From assembly GCA_043745805.1 (NCBI GenBank), contig JAYTSD010000045.1, forward strand, positions 64,001 to 128,000: a stretch of DNA of 64,000 nt, read 5' to 3'. Origin of the DNA: Fibrobacteria bacterium (GTDB lineage Bacteria; Fibrobacterota; Fibrobacteria; UBA11236). Below are positions 1 through 9,508 of the stretch, one piece after another. The notes beneath the pieces were generated by a model that worked only from the letters and a program-made list of their open reading frames with translations, searched no databases and was not told the origin of the DNA. Position numbers and translations under genes: made by a program. Each line of letters opens with the position of its first letter. Position 1 is the stretch's first letter.

Positions 1-1151
1 TGGCCTTTTTTGATGCTTTGAATAAAGTACAAACCGAACTTAAAGATGAAATTCCGGATCCTTTAAGAGATAAAAGCCGTGATGGCGATGATTTCGGCCA
101 TGGTCAAGGGTATCAATATCCCCATGCTTATCGCGATCATTGGGTGGCACAACAATATTTGCCGGCGAGTTTGCAAGGCAAAGTTTTTTATGAACCTTCG
201 GATAGTGGTTATGAAGCCACCATACAAGAATTAGTCATTACTCGCCGTGAAGCGCAATTAGCCGCACTGCAGGATACCAATGATGATGAAAGCAGTAGGG
301 ATATTGTGAGCGGATTAAAAAACAATTGGCTTAATCGCGCGATTGGGCAAAGTAGTGATGTATTACGCAAGTTACGTCGAGATATTTTTGTGCAAGCTAA
401 AGTGGGTCGTGAATCTTTGGTATTAGATATTTCCGGTGGAACGGGCTTTTTAACGTGGGAAGCCTGTCGAGTTTGTCATGCCGGTGGCATTTGGACACGT
501 TGCACTGAGGTTAAAGAAAAACAGGCCATGGAAGAATGGGCTATGCATTTAGGCGTACTCAATCGTCCGCAAGTATTTTTAAGTGCTTTAGCGGACTTAC
601 CTTCTAATTTGCAAAAGCAAGCGGAGGTTTTATTATTCGATGGAATTATGGGTTGGGATAGTTTAGCAAAGGTGGACCAGCCTGCGGGTTGGCTTCAGGA
701 AATGCTTAAACTTCTTAATCCACAAGGTGTTTTAGTATTAGCGGAAAAATCGATTATTCGACAACCTTTATTATCCGAATTGTTTGCAGCACAAAAATTA
801 CAGCAAAGTGCTTTTGCTTCCTTACTAGAATGGGAAAATAAATTTCGAGAAAATATTGCTGCCAAAGAATTAACTTGGACTCATTATTTACCGACTTTAA
901 GCATAAGTAACATACAGGTTAATAAACTAGAACGTAATTATACTGCTATGCGAAAAGTATCTGCCCAAGATTTGCAAAATTGGTTTGCTTTAGGTCAGCA
1001 AAAACCCGACTCGCTCTTTGCTTATTTGCAAAAAAAATATTCAGAGAGTGAATATTTACAGTTACAAGCTTGGCTCTTGCAGAACCTATCGCAAAACGAA
1101 ATTCCTTGGAAAAATAGTTATGATATTTGGGTGTTTGGGTCTAAAACTTAA
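1..1151 (+). CDS. rarA: RarA/MgsA-family AAA+ ATPase C-terminal part fused to a class I SAM-methyltransferase-like domain (5'-truncated by window edge)
   Basis: Frame is open from the window start (AFFDAL...). MgsA C-terminal motifs IPDPLRD, GHGQGYQYPHAY, WVAQQYLP, FYEP; then SAM-binding-like VLDISGGTGFL. Confidence 0.8.
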   Translation, partial: AFFDALNKVQTELKDEIPDPLRDKSRDGDDFGHGQGYQYPHAYRDHWVAQQYLPASLQGKVFYEPSDSGYEATIQELVITRREAQLAALQDTNDDESSRDIVSGLKNNWLNRAIGQSSDVLRKLRRDIFVQAKVGRESLVLDISGGTGFLTWEACRVCHAGGIWTRCTEVKEKQAMEEWAMHLGVLNRPQVFLSALADLPSNLQKQAEVLLFDGIMGWDSLAKVDQPAGWLQEMLKLLNPQGVLVLAEKSIIRQPLLSELFAAQKLQQSAFASLLEWENKFRENIAAKELTWTHYLPTLSISNIQVNKLERNYTAMRKVSAQDLQNWFALGQQKPDSLFAYLQKKYSESEYLQLQAWLLQNLSQNEIPWKNSYDIWVFGSKT

Positions 1152-1208
1152 ATATTATGTAACATTCCCTAGCTTATTAGGACATAGCTCAAAACCAGAG
1201 GGATCATT

Positions 1209-2057
1209 ATGTTCAAAAATATATTCGGAAAAACAAACTCCTTTAAAATCTTTGCAATAATGATTTTCTGCATTATGCTCATTTATAAAAATAATTTTGC
1301 AGATAATCTAAAAATCACGGCCTTTTCCTTCGGCATTGGCGATTGGATTACCTTAAATGATGGGGAAACTAAAAATCGAGATGAGTTCGGCACTTTGCCT
1401 AGCCTAGGGGTGTATGCGAAAGCGTATACTTGGAATTTAGATTTCGGTTTGCCACTAAAAAGCACTTTTAAAAAAGTAAATCATGATATACGCTATTCAT
1501 TGGGCGAAGCGTCTTTGGGTCTCAGCAAAAACTGGGGAGATTTTACACCCCGTTTGGGATTGCAATTTCCTCTTTATAAGTGGTCTGTCGAAGACCCTGC
1601 TATCAATGAACTCTTTATAGGTAGTGGTAATGTGAATGTTACCTTGGGATCTTGTGCAAAACTATTTACTCAATCGCTTCCTCCAAAATGGACGTCTTCT
1701 GCGAGTGCTGAGTTCTCAACTGCAATAACCCAAGCCTTGGCAGATTATGGTTCTAGTCATGCATTGGGAATAGTGCAAATTGAGCGTACTTTAGGTAATC
1801 GCTGGAAAGCTGGAGTCAATACTTTAGTATTATGGGATTACTACAAATGGATTCCTAGTTATTGGGATGAAAAGGAAGAAGTGAAATTCTCAATTGTACC
1901 AGGATTTGTAATGGGAGTACGCTTAGGTTTTGCGACTTATGTGGATGCGAAAATAGGGATGAGTGTTTATTCTCAGAGAGTATTAGTGGAAACAAAATAT
2001 CCGGATGTTCCACAAAGTTCATTTTACGGTAATTTATCAGTATTTCAAGGTTTTTGA
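1209..2057 (+). CDS. Secreted hypothetical protein, probable outer-membrane beta-barrel
   Basis: Signal peptide, alternating amphipathic strands, C-terminal Phe (LSVFQGF). Confidence 0.5.
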   Translation: MFKNIFGKTNSFKIFAIMIFCIMLIYKNNFADNLKITAFSFGIGDWITLNDGETKNRDEFGTLPSLGVYAKAYTWNLDFGLPLKSTFKKVNHDIRYSLGEASLGLSKNWGDFTPRLGLQFPLYKWSVEDPAINELFIGSGNVNVTLGSCAKLFTQSLPPKWTSSASAEFSTAITQALADYGSSHALGIVQIERTLGNRWKAGVNTLVLWDYYKWIPSYWDEKEEVKFSIVPGFVMGVRLGFATYVDAKIGMSVYSQRVLVETKYPDVPQSSFYGNLSVFQGF

Positions 2058-2065
2058 ACGGCGGT

Positions 2066-2102
2066 ATTTCAGGGTTTTTGTACAATACAAAAACCCTGAA
2101 AT
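2066..2102. terminator. Bidirectional intrinsic terminator
   Basis: Perfect 17-bp inverted repeat ATTTCAGGGTTTTTGTA-caa-TACAAAAACCCTGAAAT between convergent genes. Confidence 0.8.
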
Positions 2103-2107
2103 TTATT

Positions 2108-2428
2108 TTAAGCTGGAGGCGTAGCTGCAGGTTCTACGCAACTTGCGCCTTTACATTCCGAATGCCCTTTGCATTCATGGCTGGCAACACCTTTACCATC
2201 TTGAAAACTAAAACCTTTACAAGAATTTAATGTCTTGCAATCGTGAATTGCAGATGCTCCTCCTAATTTAGTGCATTCGGCCTGAAATTCTGTAACCGTC
2301 TTAGCAGCAGTTATACCGGTGGCAGCTGGTTTGTCGGCGCTAGCAGTACTACTTTCGCAACCGATTAAAGTTGAGCCGCCGGCGATAATACCAGCAAGAG
2401 CTAATTGGCAGAGTAGATTTTTTTTCAT
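2108..2428 (-). CDS. Small Cys-rich lipoprotein resembling BufA2/MNIO-type RiPP precursors
   Basis: Start reassigned to MKKNLL (AAAGGA SD upstream). Lipobox LIGC; motifs HDCKTLNSCKG and HECKGHSECKGASC. Confidence 0.6.
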   Translation of the reverse strand: MKKNLLCQLALAGIIAGGSTLIGCESSTASADKPAATGITAAKTVTEFQAECTKLGGASAIHDCKTLNSCKGFSFQDGKGVASHECKGHSECKGASCVEPAATPPA

Positions 2429-2637
2429 GTTTATTCCTTTAAAAATATTCGAAATAAGGTTTACGATAAGAAAACCATCTCTTATCCTAGGGTAAGTCCT
2501 AGCAATAAATAAAATGTTACATGCCAATATATGTTAAATTCCTCGGCAGTTTATCTCGGTTTTCCAATTAGTAAAATCTGCATTTTTGAGGGATTTAGTT
2601 ATCTTTACTCGAAAATCACCCATGAACAGGGAGGGGT

Positions 2638-3927
2638 ATGGACTGGCTAAAATGGAATTGTTGTTGGAATAAAAATCTTGTTTGGTGTTTCCTGTTAATT
2701 ACTGTTTTTATGTCAAATATTGAGGCACGTGCTCTCATGAATGAATGTCCTGAAGTGACCACTCAATCGGGAACCTATCTCATAGTGAATTCTCCAGTTT
2801 TGCAATATACCGTGACAAGTTTTGATCCCGCATGGTTCAGTACGGAGGATGCCCAAAAGGCTCCAACACTTTTTACAGTTGCATTTACTTCTTCGCTTAG
2901 TGCTTTGCCCATAGCACCAAAGTTACGCTTGCGCCTACTCATTCAAGCCGATACTTCGCGTGGAAAATCGGCTCCTAGCGAATGGTTAAGCGCCTTCGAC
3001 AGGCAATCTGCTTATTTAACCGCCGCACAATTACAAATGGTTATGCGATCCAATGATGTATTCGGTTTGGATTTTGAGGGATCAGGAATCGCCTTCGATC
3101 AAAGTGAACTCTATAATGCTGTGGTGAAGCTAGGGCGTACGCCAGAAATGAATTTGCATTTTAAATTTGCATTAACTTGCGAGGATAGTAACAATCCAGT
3201 AAACACGAAAGATTTTTATTTACAGGTTATTGATCCGGAAAAACCACTGATTGGAAAGCTTCGCTTTGTAAAAACCGTACAAGCAATTTATCCAGGCAGT
3301 CAAATACAAAATGCTAAGCCTGCATCCATTTACACTTTAAATCCAATTTTCAAAATCGCCTCCGAGCTTTTTAATAATTTGGAATTTCAATATCCTGATG
3401 GCGAGCCCAAAATGGAAATTTTCCTTTATGAATTAGGCGAAGGGCAAGTTGCCCAGGATGCTATGGATGGAATTGAGTACGCAAAGTTCCCTTTGTTTGG
3501 AGAATCTGCTCCAGTCCCTTATCCACCTAACTTACCCATGTTAATGCCCGGTAAAACCTATGTGTGGCGTGCACGCGCCAGATTACGCGGTCCTGCGACG
3601 GAATATCTTTATTCCAATGCGCTATATTTTAAAGTAGATGAAAGATTATCCGGTAACTCTTCATACCCTTATCCGGAAATATCGGATACCAAAAGTTTGG
3701 AGTTTCAAATTAAATATGCGGATGATTATGCCAAACGGGTAATGGCCGCTTTGAAAATTATTTTGGGCGAAAATTTTGAAGCTTTTGATTTAACGCGCGC
3801 CAATAAAATTCCCGTGAAAGGACAAATTCGTTTGAATGGACATCCTTATTCCATTGAAGAATTAGAACGCTTGGCCAAAGAATTTCAACTTTCCAAACAC
3901 AGCGTAAGCCGCTTGAGGTTGCAATGA
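2638..3927 (+). CDS. Secreted hypothetical protein with Ig/FN3-like beta-sandwich region
   Basis: GGAGGGG SD; signal peptide; YPPNLPMLMPGKTYVWRARA resembles FN3-like strands; ATGA overlap with next gene. Confidence 0.55.
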   Translation: MDWLKWNCCWNKNLVWCFLLITVFMSNIEARALMNECPEVTTQSGTYLIVNSPVLQYTVTSFDPAWFSTEDAQKAPTLFTVAFTSSLSALPIAPKLRLRLLIQADTSRGKSAPSEWLSAFDRQSAYLTAAQLQMVMRSNDVFGLDFEGSGIAFDQSELYNAVVKLGRTPEMNLHFKFALTCEDSNNPVNTKDFYLQVIDPEKPLIGKLRFVKTVQAIYPGSQIQNAKPASIYTLNPIFKIASELFNNLEFQYPDGEPKMEIFLYELGEGQVAQDAMDGIEYAKFPLFGESAPVPYPPNLPMLMPGKTYVWRARARLRGPATEYLYSNALYFKVDERLSGNSSYPYPEISDTKSLEFQIKYADDYAKRVMAALKIILGENFEAFDLTRANKIPVKGQIRLNGHPYSIEELERLAKEFQLSKHSVSRLRLQ

Positions 3928-4601
3928 AAAAAACATGCTTTAGGTTAGGATGGGTTTTAGCATTAGGGCTAATAGTTTCGCTGCATGCCGCGCCTATTTT
4001 GGCCGTGACGAAATCGGTAAAGGGTACCGTGCGTGTTTCGCAAGCCGGTGCCGCTACACAAACCGATTTGAAAGTTGCCGATTTATTACTCAGCGGATCG
4101 CATCTCGAAACGGGTGAAAATGGTAAAGTAATGGTACGTTTTCTCAAAGATGAAAGTTTTTTAGATATTCGTCCCAAAACTCAAATCGATTTAAAAGGCG
4201 CTAAAGCAGGCGGGACTAAAGGCGGAAAGCTGATGCTCAAAATAGGTGAAGTGGTTTTTGGCATGAAAAAGAAAAGCTTAGAATGGCAATGCGAAAGTGA
4301 TAATTCCGTAGCGACAGCGAGCAAAGCGAAATATTCTTTTGTTTATGACGAGAAGGCAGTGAGTACAATTATTATCCAAGAAGGTGAAGTGAAAGTATAT
4401 AATCGCCCCAAAGATGCGAATGCAGTTGTGAGAGCGGGTCAAAAAGCTGTTTCGGATTTAAACGGAATACATATTACAGATGCATCGGATGCCGAACTGG
4501 AACAAGTAGGCTTTCGTCAAAGCGCTTTAGAAGTTGATTTTATGAATCCTCAAACCGAAGAATTGAGCACATTGGAAATCGAATATGAAACGGATTTTTG
4601 A
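3924..4601 (+). CDS. FecR-domain secreted protein
   Basis: VKGTVRV...LETGENGKVMVRF...DES...GEV...VATAS...IQEGEVKV...VVRAGQ is the FecR beta-domain pattern; signal peptide. Confidence 0.75.
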   Translation: MKKTCFRLGWVLALGLIVSLHAAPILAVTKSVKGTVRVSQAGAATQTDLKVADLLLSGSHLETGENGKVMVRFLKDESFLDIRPKTQIDLKGAKAGGTKGGKLMLKIGEVVFGMKKKSLEWQCESDNSVATASKAKYSFVYDEKAVSTIIIQEGEVKVYNRPKDANAVVRAGQKAVSDLNGIHITDASDAELEQVGFRQSALEVDFMNPQTEELSTLEIEYETDF

Positions 4602-6876
4602 AATGTTTACCTCAACTTTAAACTCCTGGTTACCCTCAAAATTAAGTTTAGCATTAGGGGTATTATTTTGCACTGTTGCGTTGGTTTTTTCACAAACAAG
4701 TACTCCTGAGAGAACGCCTAAGACTACAACATCGACTACTTCAGCACCGGTTGATTCTAGTGAAGAAGAAGATATTATGCAAAGCGCAAGCTTAACACGC
4801 GCGAATCTCATTCTCCCGATTGATGGAGATATCTTCTATGATAAAGACATTAAGGTTTTAGCCTCTTTGGAGGGGACGGCTCCCCAAAGCGCCTTGATTC
4901 AATTAGATGGTTGGTCATATGACAAACCAGTTACTATCGAAGAAGGTTATGTCTCTATTGAAATCAATGATTTAAAAATGGGATTGCATGAGCTCTCCCT
5001 TATACTTTTTAATGAAAAAACCGAAATTGTATTTCAAAAAAATATTCGCTTTTTTATTCGCTTACCCGAGCCGCTGAAATCATTGCATAAAAGTCCTTTG
5101 CGACAATTTGGAAGAGTTATCGCCAAGCTAGATTATAAAGGTGGAGAAGCTTCCAATCGATTAATATCGCAAAGTAAACTCAGCCTGGAAAATGGCACCT
5201 TGAAAATGGGTAAGCAAGATAAACCCTTGTCGAAAGATCTGGATGGCGGAATCGAAACCGCCTATAATTTAAAGGTTCAACGTTTAGAAGCCTCCGGGAA
5301 AATTTTGGCTAAAACGGATGAAAGCCCCTATCGACAGCCTTCGGATCGAATGAGCGGTCAAATTAAATACGGCCCATGGGTAACCGCGCGTGCGGGTGAT
5401 ATTTACCCTAGTTATAATGAACTCAGCTTAACCGGCACGCGCGTGCGCGGCGCGGAAGCTAGTTTAAACATTTTTAAAGACGATAGTCGATGGGGATCCT
5501 TGCAAATTGTGCGCGGAGAAAGTCGCCGTGAAATCACCCCTTATGTTGCACAGTATGATACCGGTAACGGTAGCCGCAATGATACAATATCGGGAACTTA
5601 TCGACAGGTATTAACCGCTGCGCGTTTGGGGTTTGGCGGAGGGGAGCATTTTAACTTAGGCTTTTCGTTTATGAAAGCTTCGGATAGGGTCACAAGTTTA
5701 GATCGCGCTTTGAATGACAGTTTATTTGGTTTGCGACCAGTAGACAATTTAGTGCCAGGAATTGATTTTCGTTCTGGATTTTGGGAAGGCAAAATTCAAG
5801 TCTATAGCAATTGGGCCTTGAGTTTCTATACCAAGGATGCCTCGTTAGGTGCTTTTGGTAAGGACTCATTTGATGTGAGCTTTAGCCCGAAAAAATTTGA
5901 AAATATTATCCAAATCAATCCGAGCACACGTGGCTGGCAATATTTTCTTAGCTCTAAGGACTCCTTAGGAAACAGTTTAAATAAAAGTCCAGATATTGCT
6001 GGCTTTGTTCGAGCGAATTCTACCTATGAAATGGGAACGGTAGTTTCTATTCCACTATCTAATATGGTTACAGAAACGCAAATTCTCTATAATCATTTGG
6101 GCTTGGATTATCATAGTGAAGGCAATCCCTTTTTGGGAAGCAATCCAGGTAATGGGTTAACCCTTATTCAAAAACTGGTGCTTTTACAAAACCAATTATC
6201 TTTGGGCTTAGAAATTAATGCAGCAAATCAAGATTTGGGTTTCATGCAACAAAATCAAAGAAGTTATAAATTGGAAGTACGCTATTCACCTACGCCGGAT
6301 CAACCTGGTTTTTGGATAAACGGTGGAAGAACAAAAAGTGATCCTAATGGTAATTTTCCACATCAATTTTCTTCGGACTTTATCAACTTAAATTTGGGTG
6401 GCTATTATCAATTCCTGCTTCCCAGTGGTAAATTACATACTTCGATGCTTTATGGATTTACTCAAAGTGATTTAGAATTGAAAGATTTTCCTCCTGATTC
6501 TACCAATAAACTTTTACAATTTCCTTTAACGCGCACCCATATTATCACCAGTTCCTTGCAGTATAAAATGCGTTACTCTGAGTTTATACCACGGATATCT
6601 CATTCCTTTTCCTCGAATGGTATTCAAAAGCCTACGAATACTGTGAATATGGGTTTTATGAATTCTCTCATGAATAACCAATTAAAAATGGATGCATCAG
6701 TGAGTATAGGTCAATATCCTGCGAGTAATACGCAAAGTGATTTAACGGTGGGTGAATCTTTAGGAGCAGGCTACTACTTTACCCCTAATCAAAATTTACG
6801 CTTTAAAGAACGTTGGATTAAATATGGTAGGAATACCAATTTGATTTTAGGTTCTAATTATGAGTTGTATTTTTAA
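4585..6876 (+). CDS. Large outer-membrane beta-barrel protein with N-terminal Ig-like domain
   Basis: Signal peptide, Ser/Thr linker, GDIYPSYNELSLTGTRVRG, long amphipathic strand region, terminal NYELYF. Confidence 0.6.
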   Translation: MKRIFEMFTSTLNSWLPSKLSLALGVLFCTVALVFSQTSTPERTPKTTTSTTSAPVDSSEEEDIMQSASLTRANLILPIDGDIFYDKDIKVLASLEGTAPQSALIQLDGWSYDKPVTIEEGYVSIEINDLKMGLHELSLILFNEKTEIVFQKNIRFFIRLPEPLKSLHKSPLRQFGRVIAKLDYKGGEASNRLISQSKLSLENGTLKMGKQDKPLSKDLDGGIETAYNLKVQRLEASGKILAKTDESPYRQPSDRMSGQIKYGPWVTARAGDIYPSYNELSLTGTRVRGAEASLNIFKDDSRWGSLQIVRGESRREITPYVAQYDTGNGSRNDTISGTYRQVLTAARLGFGGGEHFNLGFSFMKASDRVTSLDRALNDSLFGLRPVDNLVPGIDFRSGFWEGKIQVYSNWALSFYTKDASLGAFGKDSFDVSFSPKKFENIIQINPSTRGWQYFLSSKDSLGNSLNKSPDIAGFVRANSTYEMGTVVSIPLSNMVTETQILYNHLGLDYHSEGNPFLGSNPGNGLTLIQKLVLLQNQLSLGLEINAANQDLGFMQQNQRSYKLEVRYSPTPDQPGFWINGGRTKSDPNGNFPHQFSSDFINLNLGGYYQFLLPSGKLHTSMLYGFTQSDLELKDFPPDSTNKLLQFPLTRTHIITSSLQYKMRYSEFIPRISHSFSSNGIQKPTNTVNMGFMNSLMNNQLKMDASVSIGQYPASNTQSDLTVGESLGAGYYFTPNQNLRFKERWIKYGRNTNLILGSNYELYF

Positions 6877-8063
6877 ATTTTCTGCAAACCTTTTTTGCGC
6901 AAGGGATCGAAAGGTTCCAAGCTATATTTAGGTTTTTCGCCATTGAGCAAATTCGACATACATATTCCCGCTAATGGGGCCATGCTAATCCCACATTTAT
7001 AATGTCCCGTACAAAGTGCAATAGTATGTTTACTATTAACAAACCCCATTAAAGGCAATCTATCCTTGCTGCGTGGACGCAATCCCGTCCAAGTCTCTAA
7101 AGGCTGATGAGGAATATTCGGTAAAAAATCCTGCATTTTTTGATCAAGATAACTTTTTCCAAAATCGTTATAACCTTCATCCCAAATACCCGCTTCGGTG
7201 GTTGCGCCAATCACCAAACTATTACCACGTGGCACAAAATAAAGGTCCTCTTGATAATGTACCATGCTGGTTTCACTATAAAATTTCGGAATGCGATAAA
7301 GCTGGCCTTTTACTGGGAGTAATGGGGCCGAGTAACCTAAATATGACAGTAACTTTCCCGACCAGGCGCCGGCAGAAATAAGCAATTGTTTACCCTGTAA
7401 ATTTCCAGTCTCCGTTTTAAGCTGTACACCAAAAGCATTTTCCTCAATACCTTGTATATCTACTGAAGCAAGGATTTTTACACCTGACCTTATACAAGCT
7501 TGTAATAAGGCTTGCATCAAGTCGCGATTTTGCACATAGGCTTCTTCAGGGAAATACAAAACCTTTACTCTTTTTAAAGGACATTTTTTTTGTAAAAATT
7601 CAGGTAACTTGTCGGATACATTAAAACGCTTGGCACGTTCGCGTTCGAGTTGCTCGGTTTTAGCAAGGAATTGTTTTTCGCCTTCAGCATTTTCCAAATT
7701 GAAAATTTGATAATCGCCTACGCGTTGAAATGGAATCGACTGCCCCGAAATTCTTGTAAGTTCCTCGAGCCATTCCGGATACATTTGAATGGAACGCACA
7801 TAAAATTCTCGAAAGGCCGAAGCAAAAGTATGTGCATCGCGGGTTACTAAAATACCAGCTGCGGCATGAGAGGCTTTTTGACCGATGGGATTGGAATCTA
7901 TGAGCACCACGTATTTGCCACGCTTAGCTTCTTCCAAGGCGCAGCTTAAACCCATGATACCTGCTCCGGCAATAACTAAATCAAAAGTTTGGGAAGATGT
8001 AATCGATGAGTTACCAAGTTTATCCTGAGCATCTTTTTTTTCCTGAAAGATTTTTGTGTTCAT
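6873..8063 (-). CDS. FAD-dependent glycine/D-amino-acid oxidase (ThiO/DadA family)
   Basis: GAGIMG Rossmann motif, ASHAAAGIL, PVKGQ, WTGLRP, TGHYKCGISMAP. Confidence 0.85.
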   Translation of the reverse strand: MNTKIFQEKKDAQDKLGNSSITSSQTFDLVIAGAGIMGLSCALEEAKRGKYVVLIDSNPIGQKASHAAAGILVTRDAHTFASAFREFYVRSIQMYPEWLEELTRISGQSIPFQRVGDYQIFNLENAEGEKQFLAKTEQLERERAKRFNVSDKLPEFLQKKCPLKRVKVLYFPEEAYVQNRDLMQALLQACIRSGVKILASVDIQGIEENAFGVQLKTETGNLQGKQLLISAGAWSGKLLSYLGYSAPLLPVKGQLYRIPKFYSETSMVHYQEDLYFVPRGNSLVIGATTEAGIWDEGYNDFGKSYLDQKMQDFLPNIPHQPLETWTGLRPRSKDRLPLMGFVNSKHTIALCTGHYKCGISMAPLAGICMSNLLNGEKPKYSLEPFDPLRKKGLQKI

Positions 8064-9508
8064 GGAAAAATATCGTTACGTCCGGCTAATTGTGCAAAAA
8101 GCCGAATTTGACTTTGTACGGCTTTATGAAAATCTCCTAAGTCCAAGGATTCATTTTCGGAATGTGCATTGGTATAAGGATCTTCTACACCTACTAATAA
8201 ACAAGGTACTTGGCCCAAAGCTTGGGTAAAACTTTCAACAAAAGGGATCGTGCCTCCGCAACCAATATACACGGCTTCTTTTGCATATCCTTCGCTTAAA
8301 GATTGTTTGGCAATTGCAAATACCGGATGTTCGGGTGAGGTCATCCAAGGATTAGCACCTTGCTCGGGAATAACTTCGATTTGCAAACCCCAAGGACAAA
8401 GTTTTTTTAAGGCTTCTACAAAAATTTTCGTAACCTTGGCATGTTCCATATTTGGCACTAAACGTAGGCCTATGCGTGCCCATGCCGAATCCATAATTAC
8501 ATTTCCGGCGATTTTTTTTCCACCGCTTTGAATGGAGTTCACAACTATGGATGGCTCACGCCACATTTTTTGTAATAGCTCCTCATCTTTGCCAAAGAGC
8601 TGCACACCTTCAGCTATGGCGGCTTGATGACGAAAAAGTTCATTGCGCATGCCTAATTTGCGCATATCAGCTACTTCTTCCTCGGTAGGGACAATTACAT
8701 CTTCCCACAGTTCAGGGATAGCTACTTTACCATCAGGCCCACTTAAAGCCGCAATGATTTTGCTCAAGCCTTGAATAGGGTCGGGAATTGGACCGCCCCA
8801 CATGCCAGAATGCAAAGGATGATCAAGCGCAGTTACCGTAACATCTACGCTAATAAGACCACGTAAAGTGGTGGTTAAGCTGGGAATACCCGTATCATAA
8901 TTGGTGCAGTCGGTAAGAATGACGCAATCAGCCTGCAATTGACTTTTGTATTGAGTCAGAAATTGTCGCAAATGCACGGAACCGATTTCTTCTTCGCCTT
9001 CAATAATTACTTTTACATTTACCGGTAAAGTTTTGGCCGTTTGCAACCATGCTTCAATACTAGCTACATGAATGAGTATCCCGGCTTTATCATCGGCTAT
9101 GCCGCGCGCGTACAAACGACCATTTTTTTCGGTAGGTTCAAATACGGGCGTTTTCCATAATTCTTCCCGCATAGGCGGTTGCACATCATGATGCGCATAG
9201 AGCAGTAGAGTAGGGGAGTTGGGGCTATGTAACCATTCGCCATAAACATAAGGATGTGTGCCCGGCACTTCCATCAATTGTACATGTTCTAAGCCACAAC
9301 GTTCCAAAAGGGATTTTACTTTTTCCGCTGAGCGGCGTACTTCTTCAGGAGGAAAGCCATCAAAGCTAATACTCGGAATTTTGGTGAGTTCTTTTAAATG
9401 TTCTAAAAAAGTTTGGCTATGCTCTGCATAGTATTTAAGTACTTCGGTTAAGGTCTGTGCCTTCTGTGAATTTTGATCGTTCTCGGCATGCAAAGATGAA
9501 TTAGACAT
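8060..9508 (-). CDS. M20 family metallo-dipeptidase
   Basis: HHDVQP, ARGIADDKAG, EGEEE, LHSG, GGTIP, AHSENES. Confidence 0.9.
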   Translation of the reverse strand: MSNSSLHAENDQNSQKAQTLTEVLKYYAEHSQTFLEHLKELTKIPSISFDGFPPEEVRRSAEKVKSLLERCGLEHVQLMEVPGTHPYVYGEWLHSPNSPTLLLYAHHDVQPPMREELWKTPVFEPTEKNGRLYARGIADDKAGILIHVASIEAWLQTAKTLPVNVKVIIEGEEEIGSVHLRQFLTQYKSQLQADCVILTDCTNYDTGIPSLTTTLRGLISVDVTVTALDHPLHSGMWGGPIPDPIQGLSKIIAALSGPDGKVAIPELWEDVIVPTEEEVADMRKLGMRNELFRHQAAIAEGVQLFGKDEELLQKMWREPSIVVNSIQSGGKKIAGNVIMDSAWARIGLRLVPNMEHAKVTKIFVEALKKLCPWGLQIEVIPEQGANPWMTSPEHPVFAIAKQSLSEGYAKEAVYIGCGGTIPFVESFTQALGQVPCLLVGVEDPYTNAHSENESLDLGDFHKAVQSQIRLFAQLAGRNDIFP

